A DNA stretch of 64,000 nucleotides from an uncultured Methanosarcinales archaeon (GTDB lineage: Archaea > Nanobdellota > Nanobdellia > Woesearchaeales > WJKR01), in contig CAZKVR010000003.1 of the NCBI GenBank assembly GCA_964556395.1, positions 30,715-94,714 of the forward strand, given 5' to 3'. Under the pieces are notes generated by a model that did not search any database, was not told the DNA's origin, and saw nothing but the letters and a program-made list of their open reading frames with translations. Positions 16,639 to 28,070 of this stretch are shown piece after piece (position 1 is the stretch's first letter; every line of letters begins with the position of its first letter). The position numbers and the translations under genes are program-made.

Positions 16639-17736
16639 TCACATGAACCGCTTGACCGACAACGAACCCTTGGAAGCGACGAGCTTGACAGAGTCAGAAT
16701 CATTGAACCCAGTCAACTTGGACACCAACTCCGGAAGGAGGATGCGAGCACCCCGGAAATCAAGCTGGGTGATGAGCTCCTGCTCCCGACCACCATCGCC
16801 ATTCTCGCTGTTGAGATCAGCCATGATCTCCTTCGTCTGACGATCCTTACGCGAATCGGACAACTCCCTAGTCTTATCATACAAGTACTGCGCGATCAAG
16901 TCAGCCACGTCGACCTTCGTCGCCTCCGTGATGCCCTGCAAGCCAGGGCTGATGTTGATCTCGATGATAAGAGGACCGGTAGGACCCTCAAGGATGTCGA
17001 CGCCGCAGATGTCAGCGCCGAGCGCCTTGGCGGCGTCCACCGCAATCTTCTCAGTATACGCGTCAGGGACGAACGGCTCGCCAGCGCCGCCAGCGTGGAT
17101 GTTGGCGCGCTTGTCGACACCCTTACCCTTGCGCTTCATAGCCGCAGCAACCTTGTCACCGACCACGATGAGCCGGATGTCAGTAGACTCCGTCTCGACG
17201 TACTCCTGGATGAGGAACGGCTGGTTCAAGGCATCCAACGCATCCAAGATAGTGGAAGCGCTGGCAAACGAGTCGGCGAACATGACACCCTTGCCCTGGG
17301 TGCCCTGCGGGAACTTCATGATGATAGGATAGTTCATCTTGGAAAGGACATCCTTCGCCGCCTGGATGGTCGCGGAAAGATAGGTCCGCGGCATGGGGAG
17401 GTTGCGCTGCTGCAGCACCAGCTGAGTGAGCAGCTTGTCGTGCGCGATGGTGTACGCGCTCGGAGCCAACGGCAGGAAGACCGCCTCGTTCGTCGAGAAC
17501 AAGTCGGCCAGCGCCCGGAGCAACTGGGCGTACCGGAAGGAACCCTTGATGAGCAAGCAATCATAATGCGGGACCGGCTTGCCCTCATAGAGCACCTCAG
17601 CCTTCTTGCCCGAAAAGTTGATGTCAAGGAACTTGACGTCGAGGTGGTCCACCTCGTCGAAATAATTCCTCATGGCATCGAGCGTCCACTGGGAACTCTT
17701 GCTCTTGCCTGAGATAAGCGCTGCTTTCATGATCAT
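16639..17736 (-). CDS. RimK-like ATP-grasp alpha-L-glutamate ligase family protein with a C-terminal extension of about 80 aa
   Basis: ATP-grasp motifs: KFPQGTQGKGV, IQEYVE, RANIHAGG, IIEINISPG. 365 aa, versus about 290-300 for RimK, LysX or CofF. Confidence 0.75.
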   Translation of the reverse strand: MIMKAALISGKSKSSQWTLDAMRNYFDEVDHLDVKFLDINFSGKKAEVLYEGKPVPHYDCLLIKGSFRYAQLLRALADLFSTNEAVFLPLAPSAYTIAHDKLLTQLVLQQRNLPMPRTYLSATIQAAKDVLSKMNYPIIMKFPQGTQGKGVMFADSFASASTILDALDALNQPFLIQEYVETESTDIRLIVVGDKVAAAMKRKGKGVDKRANIHAGGAGEPFVPDAYTEKIAVDAAKALGADICGVDILEGPTGPLIIEINISPGLQGITEATKVDVADLIAQYLYDKTRELSDSRKDRQTKEIMADLNSENGDGGREQELITQLDFRGARILLPELVSKLTGFNDSDSVKLVASKGSLSVKRFM

Positions 17737-17737
17737 A

Positions 17738-18094
17738 TCACCTGTTGGGATCGATGAGGAACCCTCTCTTGAGGACGTTCTGGCCGACGAGAACCTTGTA
17801 CTTCATGTGCTCACGATCGGCGAGGGTGAACTTCTCAGTCACCTCCTTGCCACGGATGCAGATGGTCGCCTCGATGACCGGCCGGAGCTTGCTGCCGTGA
17901 GCGCTCTTCACCAACCTTGATTCGACGACGGGGCCGAGCTTGAGCTGGCTCGCCAGCTTGTAATCAATGCTGCTCTTCGTAGCACCGGTATCGATGCGCG
18001 CCTTGAGCGCCTCGCTCACGCCGCCATGACGGAGCTCGACGTCCTCGACCATACCAATCAGTATCCTCTCCCTACCTTCGTCGTCCTTGATCAT
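17738..18094 (-). CDS. Retropepsin-like aspartic protease (PF05618 'putative ATP-dependent zinc protease' family), RimK-associated
   Basis: Active-site ARIDTGATKS (D-T-G-A). 118 aa. Its stop lies 1 nt before the RimK-like start. Its start overlaps the lysS stop (ATGA). Confidence 0.65.
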   Translation of the reverse strand: MIKDDEGRERILIGMVEDVELRHGGVSEALKARIDTGATKSSIDYKLASQLKLGPVVESRLVKSAHGSKLRPVIEATICIRGKEVTEKFTLADREHMKYKVLVGQNVLKRGFLIDPNR

Positions 18095-19584
18095 AATCCC
18101 TCATCCTTCTGCGGCCTCATGGTCGGGAACAATATCACATCACGGATGGAGTCGTTCCCGGTGAATAACATGACGAAACGGTCGATACCCAACCCGACGC
18201 CGCTCGTCGGCGGCATACCATGCTCCAGGGACGCGAGGAAATCCTCATCCATAGGATGGGCCTCCTCGTCGCCGCCGCGTCCGCGCTCGGCCTGCTCTTC
18301 CAGCAGCCTTCGCTGCACGACGGGGTCATTGAGCTCAGAATAGGCGTTGCCCATCTCCCAACCGTTGATGTAGACCTCGAACTGCTCGACATAGCGATCA
18401 TCACCATCTCGCCGGGCTTTGGCGAGCGGGGTGTTCTCGACAGGGTAGTCCCTGACGAACGTTGGTTGTATGAGCTTGTCCTCGCACTTCCCCTCAAAGA
18501 TAGCGACGACGAGCATGCCCCAGCTGCTGGCGTCGTACTCGATACCTTCCTTGTCGCAGTAGTCGAGGAGGTCTTCCCGCGACATGCTGTCGATGTCGAG
18601 GCCAGTGTGCTCGTTGACAACCGCGGCGACCGTCATCCGCCTCCAAGGGGGTTTGAGATCTATCTCCTTGCCGTCGAACGTAATCTTCGTCGTGCCGAGG
18701 ACGTCCTGGGCGGCCTTGCTCACCGCATCCTCCACGAGGCGCATGCCATCGTTGTAGTCACCGTAGGCCTGATACCATTCCACTTGGGTGAACTCAGGGT
18801 TGTGGGTGCGGTCGATGCCTTCGTTGCGGAAATCCTTGACGAACTCGTAGACGCGCTCGAAGCCACCCACCAAGAGCCGTTTGAGGTAGAGCTCGTTGCT
18901 GATCCGGAGGTAGAGCCTCATGTCGAGGGCGTTGTGATGGGTGACGAACGGCCGGGCGTTGGCGCCGCCGTACACGGGCTGGAGGGTCGGCGTCTCGACC
19001 TCGAGGAAGCCGTTGCCGTCCAGCGTCTGTCGGATGCTCTTGATGATCTTCGAACGCTTGATGAACGTCTCACGCACCTCGGGATTCATGATGAGGTCGA
19101 GGTATCGCTGGCGGTAGCGGAGCTCGGTGTCCTGGAGGCCGTGGTACTTCTCAGGGAGGGGCCGGAGGGACTTGGCGAGGAGCTCGAGGCTCTTGGCGCG
19201 GACGGTGACCTCGCCTGTCTTGGTGGCGAATACCGTGCCGTCGGCACCGATGATGTCGCCGATGTCGAGCTTCTTGAAACGCTTGTACTGCTCGTCTCCG
19301 AGCTCGTCCTTGCGGACGTAGAGCTGGATCCTTCCGGTGGCGTCCTGGATGGTGCAGAATGAGGCCTTGCCCATCACGCGCAACGCCATGATGCGGCCGG
19401 CCACGACGACTTCCTGCTCGGTCGTCGCTTCAGGCTCGAGGCCCTTATGGGCTTCCTGGACCTGGGCGGCGTCGTGGGTCTTGCCGTACCGGTATGGGTA
19501 CGGGTTGACACCATTTTCGAGGAGCGCCTCGCGCTTCCTCATACGTTCCTGTACGAGCCGGTGCTCGTTCTGTTCCTCCACCAT
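18091..19584 (-). CDS. lysS: Lysyl-tRNA synthetase, class II
   Basis: N-terminal OB anticodon-binding domain. Class II motifs FRNEG, GLGIDR. 497 aa. Confidence 0.95.
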   Translation of the reverse strand: MVEEQNEHRLVQERMRKREALLENGVNPYPYRYGKTHDAAQVQEAHKGLEPEATTEQEVVVAGRIMALRVMGKASFCTIQDATGRIQLYVRKDELGDEQYKRFKKLDIGDIIGADGTVFATKTGEVTVRAKSLELLAKSLRPLPEKYHGLQDTELRYRQRYLDLIMNPEVRETFIKRSKIIKSIRQTLDGNGFLEVETPTLQPVYGGANARPFVTHHNALDMRLYLRISNELYLKRLLVGGFERVYEFVKDFRNEGIDRTHNPEFTQVEWYQAYGDYNDGMRLVEDAVSKAAQDVLGTTKITFDGKEIDLKPPWRRMTVAAVVNEHTGLDIDSMSREDLLDYCDKEGIEYDASSWGMLVVAIFEGKCEDKLIQPTFVRDYPVENTPLAKARRDGDDRYVEQFEVYINGWEMGNAYSELNDPVVQRRLLEEQAERGRGGDEEAHPMDEDFLASLEHGMPPTSGVGLGIDRFVMLFTGNDSIRDVILFPTMRPQKDEGL

Positions 19585-19602
19585 AAGAGTAGGAGTAGCT
19601 CG

Positions 19603-19612
19603 TGCTGCTTAT
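19603..19612 (-). promoter_or_regulatory. TATA box (TATTTATAAG) for lysS
   Basis: 20-28 nt upstream of ATG 19584. Confidence 0.45.
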
Positions 19613-19631
19613 AAATACTTATCGGTCGTCT

Positions 19632-19979
19632 TCAGAGAAGGGAGAGGTCTCCGACGACGGTGTCGACGTCCTGTTCAGAGGCTGGGCCGATGGCGAGGGC
19701 GGTCCTGGTGCCTGGGGCGACGACTGTCTTGCCCGCGTCGGTGATGATGCTGGCGACGAGGCCTTTCCGCTTGGCATCCTGCTGTATGCTGAGGAGCGAT
19801 TGCTCGTCAGGCACTTTGAGGACGACCTTCTTCATGCCGGCGGCGTGCCAGTCGCTCACGATGTCCTTGGAGCTGCGAAGCGTGGCTTCCACGCTGGCGT
19901 GGGCCGCTTGGGCGGCGGCTTTCCCTTTCGGGAGCTTGAGGTCCGCCCTGATGACGATGGCTTGCTTGAGGTCTGCCAT
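19632..19979 (-). CDS. pth2: Peptidyl-tRNA hydrolase, PTH2 (archaeal/eukaryotic type)
   Basis: IVIRADLKLPKGKAAAQAAHAS signature. 115 aa. TATA GTTATAAAGC at 19999-20008. Confidence 0.9.
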   Translation of the reverse strand: MADLKQAIVIRADLKLPKGKAAAQAAHASVEATLRSSKDIVSDWHAAGMKKVVLKVPDEQSLLSIQQDAKRKGLVASIITDAGKTVVAPGTRTALAIGPASEQDVDTVVGDLSLL

Positions 19980-20002
19980 GGTCGTCGGACGTGCAGCGGG
20001 CT

Positions 20003-20995
20003 TTATAACCGTTGCCCTTTGTCTGCGGCCGATGGCGTGTCGAAGAGCGTTGAAAGCTCGTCCACCCTGTAGAAGAGCGACTTCGCCTTCTCTACTGCCT
20101 TGGCGACCTTGATGGTAGACTCGTGGCGTTCCTGATATGCGTCGAAGGCCTTGGTGAATGAGTCCCGCTCCAGGGCGAGGGTGTGGAATGACGGGACGTC
20201 CTTGCGGTAGTAGGCCGACATGAGGGCGTCGTAGTGCTTCGACAGTTTCTTCAGGAGTGCGGTGAGGTTCTGGGTCTGGTCGTCATCGAGTGGGAGGAGG
20301 AGCCTGGCGAGGCGTTTGAGCTCGTCGCCAATCTTCTCCATTGTCTGGACGAGGTCCCATACGTGGAGGAGGTCGCCGTTGGTCTGATAGGGGTCTCTCG
20401 CTCGGGGGTGGTCGAGGAGGTATTTGACTGCGCGCATGACGAGGTATGCGAGGCGGTTGACGTCCCAGTCGCGTTCGGTGATGTTGATGGGGATGTCGAT
20501 GCCCGAGAACTTGTTCGGGTCCTCGACGCGCGAGATGACGTCCATGAAGGATGACTTGAGGATGGCGTCTATCTTGCGGACGAGGTTTCCCACCTGGATG
20601 TCCCTCATGTTGAGGTAGCACCGGGCTTGGATGCGTTGGGCCGACTCCTCGATGATCTCGAGCGAGACGAGCTGGTGCATGAATTCCCGGACATCCTTGT
20701 TCTTCTTCGGGATTTCACGGCCGGTGAGGAGGACGACGTCGGCGTTGTTGAGGTATGCGCTGATGACATTGCGCTTGATGGTGTCGAGCGGTACGTTGTC
20801 GACGGAGAAACGGTAGGTGCGCTCTTCTTGGCGGCGTTCGGTCGCCCTGCCCGGGGAGAGGATTATGCCGTTCTCAGAGGTTTCGAGCCTGAGGCTGTCT
20901 CCCGGTTCCAGATTGTTCCTGGAGGCCCATGATTTCGGGAGCGAGACGATGAGCGAGTTCTTTCCGAACCTGATTATCTTGCGGTATTCTGCCAT
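20003..20995 (-). CDS. AbrB/SpoVT-like N-terminal domain fused to PhoU-like domain (phosphate uptake regulator-like)
   Basis: N-terminal swapped-hairpin region KIIRFGKNSLIVSLPKSW. Helical PhoU-like remainder. Paralogue of 56007..56870. Confidence 0.55.
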   Translation of the reverse strand: MAEYRKIIRFGKNSLIVSLPKSWASRNNLEPGDSLRLETSENGIILSPGRATERRQEERTYRFSVDNVPLDTIKRNVISAYLNNADVVLLTGREIPKKNKDVREFMHQLVSLEIIEESAQRIQARCYLNMRDIQVGNLVRKIDAILKSSFMDVISRVEDPNKFSGIDIPINITERDWDVNRLAYLVMRAVKYLLDHPRARDPYQTNGDLLHVWDLVQTMEKIGDELKRLARLLLPLDDDQTQNLTALLKKLSKHYDALMSAYYRKDVPSFHTLALERDSFTKAFDAYQERHESTIKVAKAVEKAKSLFYRVDELSTLFDTPSAADKGQRL

Positions 20996-21113
20996 GGAAC
21001 ATCACCTACGGAAAATATTCGGGAAATACATATAGTGAATATATGGCATATATAACATAGGGGAAAAGCATATATTTATACTTTTGCTCTCACAAAGACA
21101 GGGGGTGGTGACA

Positions 21114-21233
21114 ATGCTCTACGCCACGAAAACAGGACGCATCCTCAGCGAGGATGACATAAACCTTTTGACACCACAAGAGATAGAAACCGAAGGCATC
21201 CACGTCATCGGCGACTGGGACGAATGGAACTAG
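21114..21233 (+). CDS. Small ORF, 39 aa (MLYATKTGRILSEDDINLLTPQEIETEGIHVIGDWDEWN), unannotated in ORF track
   Basis: TATA CATATATTTATAC at 21069-21082. SD-like GGGGGTGGTGA 4-12 nt upstream of ATG. Followed by hairpin CCGGCC-GAGA-GGCCGG (21263-21279). Confidence 0.35.
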   Translation: MLYATKTGRILSEDDINLLTPQEIETEGIHVIGDWDEWN

Positions 21234-23327
<2,094 letters not shown>

Positions 23328-23366
23328 ACCGCACGATTTATAAATAACGGCTGACTCTTCTGACAC

Positions 23367-24725
23367 ATGGTACTGGACAAGCTCTCCAGCTCGCTGAAAA
23401 GCACACTCCAGAAAGTCACGAAAGCCCTCTTCGTGGACGACAAGCTAATCAACGAGCTCGTCAAAGACATCCAACGCAGCCTCCTCCAAGCGGACGTCTC
23501 CGTCAAGCTGGTGATGGACATCACCAAACGCATCAAGGAACGGGCCTTGAAAGAGAAGGAAACCAAAGGGCTGGACAAGAAGGAACAACTCATCACCATC
23601 GTCTACGAGGAATTGTCAGCGTTCCTCGGCGGAGAGCACGAGCCGTTCGCCATCCCAAAAGGGAAGAAACCCTTCACCATCATGCTCGTCGGCCTGTTCG
23701 GCAACGGCAAGACGACGACGGCGGGCAAGCTCGCCAACTACTACAAGAAGCGCGGCTCGAAAGTCGCCGTGGTCCAGACGGACACGTGGCGGCCCGCAGC
23801 GTACGACCAGCTGGAAACATTGGCGAAGCAGGTCGACGTCGACTTCTACGGCGAGAAAAAGGCCAAGAACCCGGAAGACATCTACACCAAATACCAGCAG
23901 AAACTCTCAGGGTACGACCTCGTCATCGTCGACACCGCAGGCCGTGACGCGTTGTCGCAAGACCTCGTAGAAGAACTGGAAGGCCTGAACAAGAAGGTGC
24001 AAGCGGACGAGCGATGGCTCGTCATGGCCGCTGACGTCGGACAGTCAGCGCAGCAGCAAGCACAGCAGTTCCACGACACGGCGGGCGTGACAGGCGTCGT
24101 CATCACCAAGATGGACGGTACGGCGAAAGGAGGCGGCGCGCTGACGGCGTGCTCCGTGACAAGGGCACCGGTACGATTCATAGGTGTCGGCGAGAAGACC
24201 GACGACATAGAACTGTTCAACCCGAAAGGCTTCGTCGGACGCCTGTTGGGGATGGGAGACCTGGAAGCATTGTTGGACAAGGCCAAAGCTGCCATCTCCG
24301 ACGAGGAAGCCGAGGACCTCGGCAAGCGTTTCTTGAAAGGAGAGTTCAACCTCATAGACCTGTACGAGCAGATGCAAGCGATGAAGAAGATGGGACCATT
24401 GTCCAAGGTGATGGAGATGGTCCCAGGCATGTCGCAGATCAAGATGCCGAAAGAGGCGTTGCAGGTCCAGCAGGAAAAGCTGGAGCTGTGGCGACACCTC
24501 ATGGACAGCATGACGAAAGAAGAGCTGGAAGACCCCGACATCATCAGAGGCGACCGGTTGGAACGCATCGCGACCGGCGCAGGACTGCCCGTGTCCGAAC
24601 TGCGAGGACTGCTCAAGCAATACAAGCAGTCCAAGAAGATGATGAAGATGATGAAAGGCGGCGGGTCGCAGAAGGACATGCAGAAGATGATGCAACGCAT
24701 GGGCGGCAAGGGGATGAAGTTCTAG
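23367..24725 (+). CDS. srp54: Signal recognition particle protein SRP54
   Basis: N-domain. G-domain GLFGNGKTTTAGKLA, DTAGR. Met-rich M-domain. TATA GATTTATAAATAAC 20-28 nt upstream (leaderless). Confidence 0.95.
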   Translation: MVLDKLSSSLKSTLQKVTKALFVDDKLINELVKDIQRSLLQADVSVKLVMDITKRIKERALKEKETKGLDKKEQLITIVYEELSAFLGGEHEPFAIPKGKKPFTIMLVGLFGNGKTTTAGKLANYYKKRGSKVAVVQTDTWRPAAYDQLETLAKQVDVDFYGEKKAKNPEDIYTKYQQKLSGYDLVIVDTAGRDALSQDLVEELEGLNKKVQADERWLVMAADVGQSAQQQAQQFHDTAGVTGVVITKMDGTAKGGGALTACSVTRAPVRFIGVGEKTDDIELFNPKGFVGRLLGMGDLEALLDKAKAAISDEEAEDLGKRFLKGEFNLIDLYEQMQAMKKMGPLSKVMEMVPGMSQIKMPKEALQVQQEKLELWRHLMDSMTKEELEDPDIIRGDRLERIATGAGLPVSELRGLLKQYKQSKKMMKMMKGGGSQKDMQKMMQRMGGKGMKF

Positions 24726-24726
24726 G

Positions 24727-25560
24727 ATGAGAGCCGACCTCCACACGCACACCCACTATTCTGACGGGGAGCACTCCCCCACCGACGTCATAAGACACGC
24801 CAAGGAGGCGGGGCTGGACGTGGTGGCGGTGACGGACCACAACACCATATCAGGAGTCGAGGAAGCCATCAAGGCAGGCAAGCGATACGGCGTCCGCGTC
24901 ATACCGGCAGTAGAGATCATGACACGGGAAGGCGAAGTGAACGGCTACTTCGTCGACCACAAGAGCAAGGAGTTCCAGAAAGAACTCAAGAGGTTCCAGG
25001 CCCGCATGCACGAGAAGACGCGGAGGCTTGCGAAAGCCCTGCGCGAACAAGGACACGACATCTCATTGAGACAGCTCGACGAAGAGTTCCCATACAGCAA
25101 GAACAACAGACACATAGCACACCTCATACTCCACCTCCACCGGCAAGGGTACGAGAGCCGGGAAGACGTCATCGACAACATCCGAGGAGCAAGCATAAGG
25201 AACCCGCCGGTGAAAGACGTCAGCATGGTGACCGCCATCAGGACCATCAGGCGCTACGGCGGCGTCGCCGTGCTCAACCACCCCTGGCTCAGCCCCGAGG
25301 CGTTGAAGGAGAAGAACATCAAGCGCTACGTGAAAGCGGGGCTGCAAGGAGTCGAGCTTGAAAACGGGGACGAGGACCGGTTCGGACGGACGAAGAAGAT
25401 CATAAAAAGAATCCTGCGCGTCTCGAAGAAATACGGCCTGGTATTGACGCAAGGGAGCGACTACCACGGCGCGTCCATCACGGAGCTGAGCGGCGGGCAC
25501 CAAATAGGCAGGTTCTACTGCAGCGGGGACGTCGTGGCAGAGCTGGAACGGCGCCGCTAA
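24727..25560 (+). CDS. PHP-domain metal-dependent phosphoesterase
   Basis: N-terminal DLHTHTHYSDG motif and later His clusters. Starts 1 nt after the srp54 stop. Confidence 0.7.
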   Translation: MRADLHTHTHYSDGEHSPTDVIRHAKEAGLDVVAVTDHNTISGVEEAIKAGKRYGVRVIPAVEIMTREGEVNGYFVDHKSKEFQKELKRFQARMHEKTRRLAKALREQGHDISLRQLDEEFPYSKNNRHIAHLILHLHRQGYESREDVIDNIRGASIRNPPVKDVSMVTAIRTIRRYGGVAVLNHPWLSPEALKEKNIKRYVKAGLQGVELENGDEDRFGRTKKIIKRILRVSKKYGLVLTQGSDYHGASITELSGGHQIGRFYCSGDVVAELERRR

Positions 25561-25916
25561 TCATACTTGCCGTCCACGCCGCCGGCGAGCCGGTTGGCAG
25601 ACTTGCCCTTCACCTTCTCGACCGGGAAGCGCTCGTCGTACTCATCCAAGACGTCGGTGATGGCCTTCTTCGCATCGACGTCGCAGAGGTGGGCGACCTT
25701 CAAGGTGATGAAGAGCATGTCGCCGACGAAGTCCTCGACCTCGCCCTTGTGCTCACGTATGAGGCGTTGCTGGGTCTCGGCGTCCACCCACTTGATCACG
25801 TTCCAGAACTCGCCGATCTCCTCGTTCATGTTAAGGAGCAAGTCCTTGATGCTGTGAGGCGTGTCCCAACCCCTCGCCACGTCGAACTCTTTTATACGTT
25901 GTTGCGACTCTCTCAT
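25557..25916 (-). CDS. MazG-like nucleoside triphosphate pyrophosphohydrolase (small all-alpha NTP-PPase)
   Basis: Start trimmed to MRESQQ. EEIGEFWNVIKW...E..EDFVGDMLF matches the EExxE...D metal-binding helices. TATA at 25938-25947. Confidence 0.6.
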   Translation of the reverse strand: MRESQQRIKEFDVARGWDTPHSIKDLLLNMNEEIGEFWNVIKWVDAETQQRLIREHKGEVEDFVGDMLFITLKVAHLCDVDAKKAITDVLDEYDERFPVEKVKGKSANRLAGGVDGKYD

Positions 25917-25995
25917 ACCTATTGAGAGTAAGACGATACTATATGAAGGTTTCCCCACAACAAACCTTTTAAAACAACCTTCAAGCATTGGCGTG

Positions 25996-26247
25996 ATGGC
26001 GATGCGGAAGAAGGTGTACGGCCAGAACCGGATGGAGAAATGCCCGTTATGCGGCGACAACGCGCTGCACAAGAACAAGCAAGGCATCCCGGTGTGCAAG
26101 GACCACGTCGACTTCGAGATAGAATTGAAGTGCGCGTGCGGCGACTACCTCGACCCGAAAGAAGGGAAGTGGGGGACGTTCTTCGTCTGCATGCACTGCG
26201 GCGCCATCTCCTGGCACAAGGCGATGGTGATGAACGGGCTGGACTAG
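25996..26247 (+). CDS. Small zinc-ribbon protein (83 aa)
   Basis: CPLCG...CKDH...CACG...CMHCG. TATA CTTTTAAAAC 25-34 nt upstream. Confidence 0.45.
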   Translation: MAMRKKVYGQNRMEKCPLCGDNALHKNKQGIPVCKDHVDFEIELKCACGDYLDPKEGKWGTFFVCMHCGAISWHKAMVMNGLD

Positions 26248-26946
26248 AAGTCAAACTGCCTACGGTACGCGTCAAGGTTCTCATCGATGAAGTACGCCAA
26301 CGCCCACGGCTTGGCACCCTCCCAGCCGCGGTGGCACGCCCACTTCCGCTTCCCCTGTATCTTCCTCGACACGTCCGCACCCCATTCGCGATAATTGATG
26401 CCCATGGTCACCTTCTCCAAAAGCCCTTGCGAGGAGAGGTTGTGAGGGTCCAAGGTGTTGACGCCGAGATCCGCCAACTTCACCACCCTGACACGCGGGT
26501 CGTACGCCTGCGCAAGCCTCGCGATATACTCTCCGGCGTCAGGCTCGACCTGGTTCCACTTGAGGCCGACGTTCTTCGACAGCAACGCCACCGCCCCGGC
26601 GACGCCCGAGCTGAAATCCCTCTCTACGAGGTCCAACAAGTCTTCAGGACTATGCTTGTGCTCCTTAGAGTCCTCCGCCGTGTCGTGCAGCAAGGCGGCG
26701 CACAGCGTCGGAGGATCCCTGAAGCCGTAGCCATGGAGGACTCGAGCGACGCCGAGGGGGTGGAGGTAATAGGGCTCGCCGTTGCCACGCCTCACCTGGC
26801 CGGCGTGGAGCTCCTTCGCCAAGCCCAACGCCTTATAGACTTCATCAACACCCACTCCTTCCAAGGGCGAAGGGTAGACCTCGGACAGGAAATCCTCGTC
26901 GCGAGACCAGACGAACCCCCCATCAGGAACCCAGAGACCCCCCATA
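26244..26946 (-). CDS. HD-domain phosphohydrolase (SpoT/RelA-type HD_4-like). Alternative longer start at 27044.
   Basis: YYLHPLGVARVLHGYG ... AALLHDTAED. TATA-like TTTTTAAATAAG at about 26999-27010 favours the internal start MGGLWVPDGG. Confidence 0.55.
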
Positions 26947-27073
26947 CGGTCGGGAGCGAGCGCTCCTATAAAAGCCTCACGCCTGCCAGACCACAACTTA
27001 TTTAAAAACGCCTTCTTTTTCGAAGCGTATAGGGGTTGTTGCACGACATCTCAATTTGTGATGATCCTGAAAG

Positions 27074-27619
27074 GTGAAACACATGGCAGACAAAGCGCAA
27101 GAAGGCATGAAGGTCAAGATCCACTACACCGGAAAGCTCGACGACGGAGAGGTCTTCGACAGCAGCGAGGGCAAGGACCCGCTGGAATTCGTCATCGGCG
27201 AAGGCAAAATCATCCAGGGCTTCGAGGAAGGCGTCGTCGGCATGGCCGTCGGCGAAGAGAAGGACCTCACCATCCCGCCCGAGAAGGCGTACGGCCACCC
27301 GCGCGACGAACTCGTCCAGCAAGTCCCGAAGGAGAAGCTAGGAGACCTCAAGCCGGAAGAAGGCATGATGATCGGCATGCAAGTCCCGGGCGTCGAGCAG
27401 GTCTTCCCCGCGAAGATCACCGAGGTCAAGGAAGACGGCAGCGTCACGGTCGACCTCAACCCACCCCTCGCCGGCAAGACACTCCACTTCCACATCAAAC
27501 TGGAAGGTGCCGAAGAGGCGCCCGCGCAGGAAGGCTCCGAGGCAGAGCAAGCGCAGGCCCCTCAAGAGTCCGAGTCCCCGGAGAGCTCCGGCGACGAGCA
27601 GAAGGACAAGGCCCAATAA
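27074..27619 (+). CDS. FKBP-type peptidyl-prolyl cis-trans isomerase (SlyD-like with IF domain) and acidic C-terminal tail
   Basis: KVKIHYTGKLDDGEVFDSS, FVIGEGKIIQGFEEGVVGM. SD GGTGA upstream. Oligo-T terminator at 27621-27640. Confidence 0.85.
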   Translation: MKHMADKAQEGMKVKIHYTGKLDDGEVFDSSEGKDPLEFVIGEGKIIQGFEEGVVGMAVGEEKDLTIPPEKAYGHPRDELVQQVPKEKLGDLKPEEGMMIGMQVPGVEQVFPAKITEVKEDGSVTVDLNPPLAGKTLHFHIKLEGAEEAPAQEGSEAEQAQAPQESESPESSGDEQKDKAQ

Positions 27620-27707
27620 ACCGTTTTTCTTCTTTTCCCATTCTTCGTACCGGCTCCGCGTGAGCAGGGAGAAGATTTATTAACCACACCCCTCCCGCCA
27701 CAAGCAT

Positions 27708-28070
27708 ATGACTACGCTCATCACATGCCTAAGTACAGGCAAAGGAAGCTGGGGCCACGTGTCAAGGCTCATCGCACAGCAGGAGTGGGAGAAGATCATC
27801 ATCGTGACGAACGAGTTCGGACACGAGCGGTTCTCGAACGAGAAGGAGTTCACGCCCATCGTGATAGACGCGAAGAAGCCGATGGGAGAGCTCGTCAGCG
27901 ACATCAAGCAAGCGTTGTCGGAACAGGACATCCAAGAGACGGAAGTCGCGCTGAACATGTACTCCGGCAGCGGCAAGGAGCACATGGCACTGTTGGCAGC
28001 GGTGCTGAAGTCAGGCCTCGGGCCCAGGCTCATCATCCCGACTGACGAGGGCGGCACCGAAGAGCTCTAA
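27708..28070 (+). CDS. Hypothetical conserved protein (120 aa)
   Basis: Protein-like composition. TATA AGATTTATTAACC 25-33 nt upstream. Confidence 0.35.
   Translation: MTTLITCLSTGKGSWGHVSRLIAQQEWEKIIIVTNEFGHERFSNEKEFTPIVIDAKKPMGELVSDIKQALSEQDIQETEVALNMYSGSGKEHMALLAAVLKSGLGPRLIIPTDEGGTEEL

Noticed and set aside
16531-17712. 393-aa plus-strand ORF
   Set aside because: Antisense shadow of the RimK-like ATP-grasp gene (L/R/D-rich, no motifs).
16639-17736. Considered annotating the ATP-grasp enzyme as CofF/MptN (cofactor glutamate ligase)
   Set aside because: No F420 or methanopterin genes in the window. The protein has an atypical C-terminal extension and protein-modification-type neighbours (protease, acidic-tail protein). 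Left as RimK-like.
18220-19362. 380-aa plus-strand ORF
   Set aside because: Antisense of class II lysS, whose reading frame carries canonical aaRS motifs.
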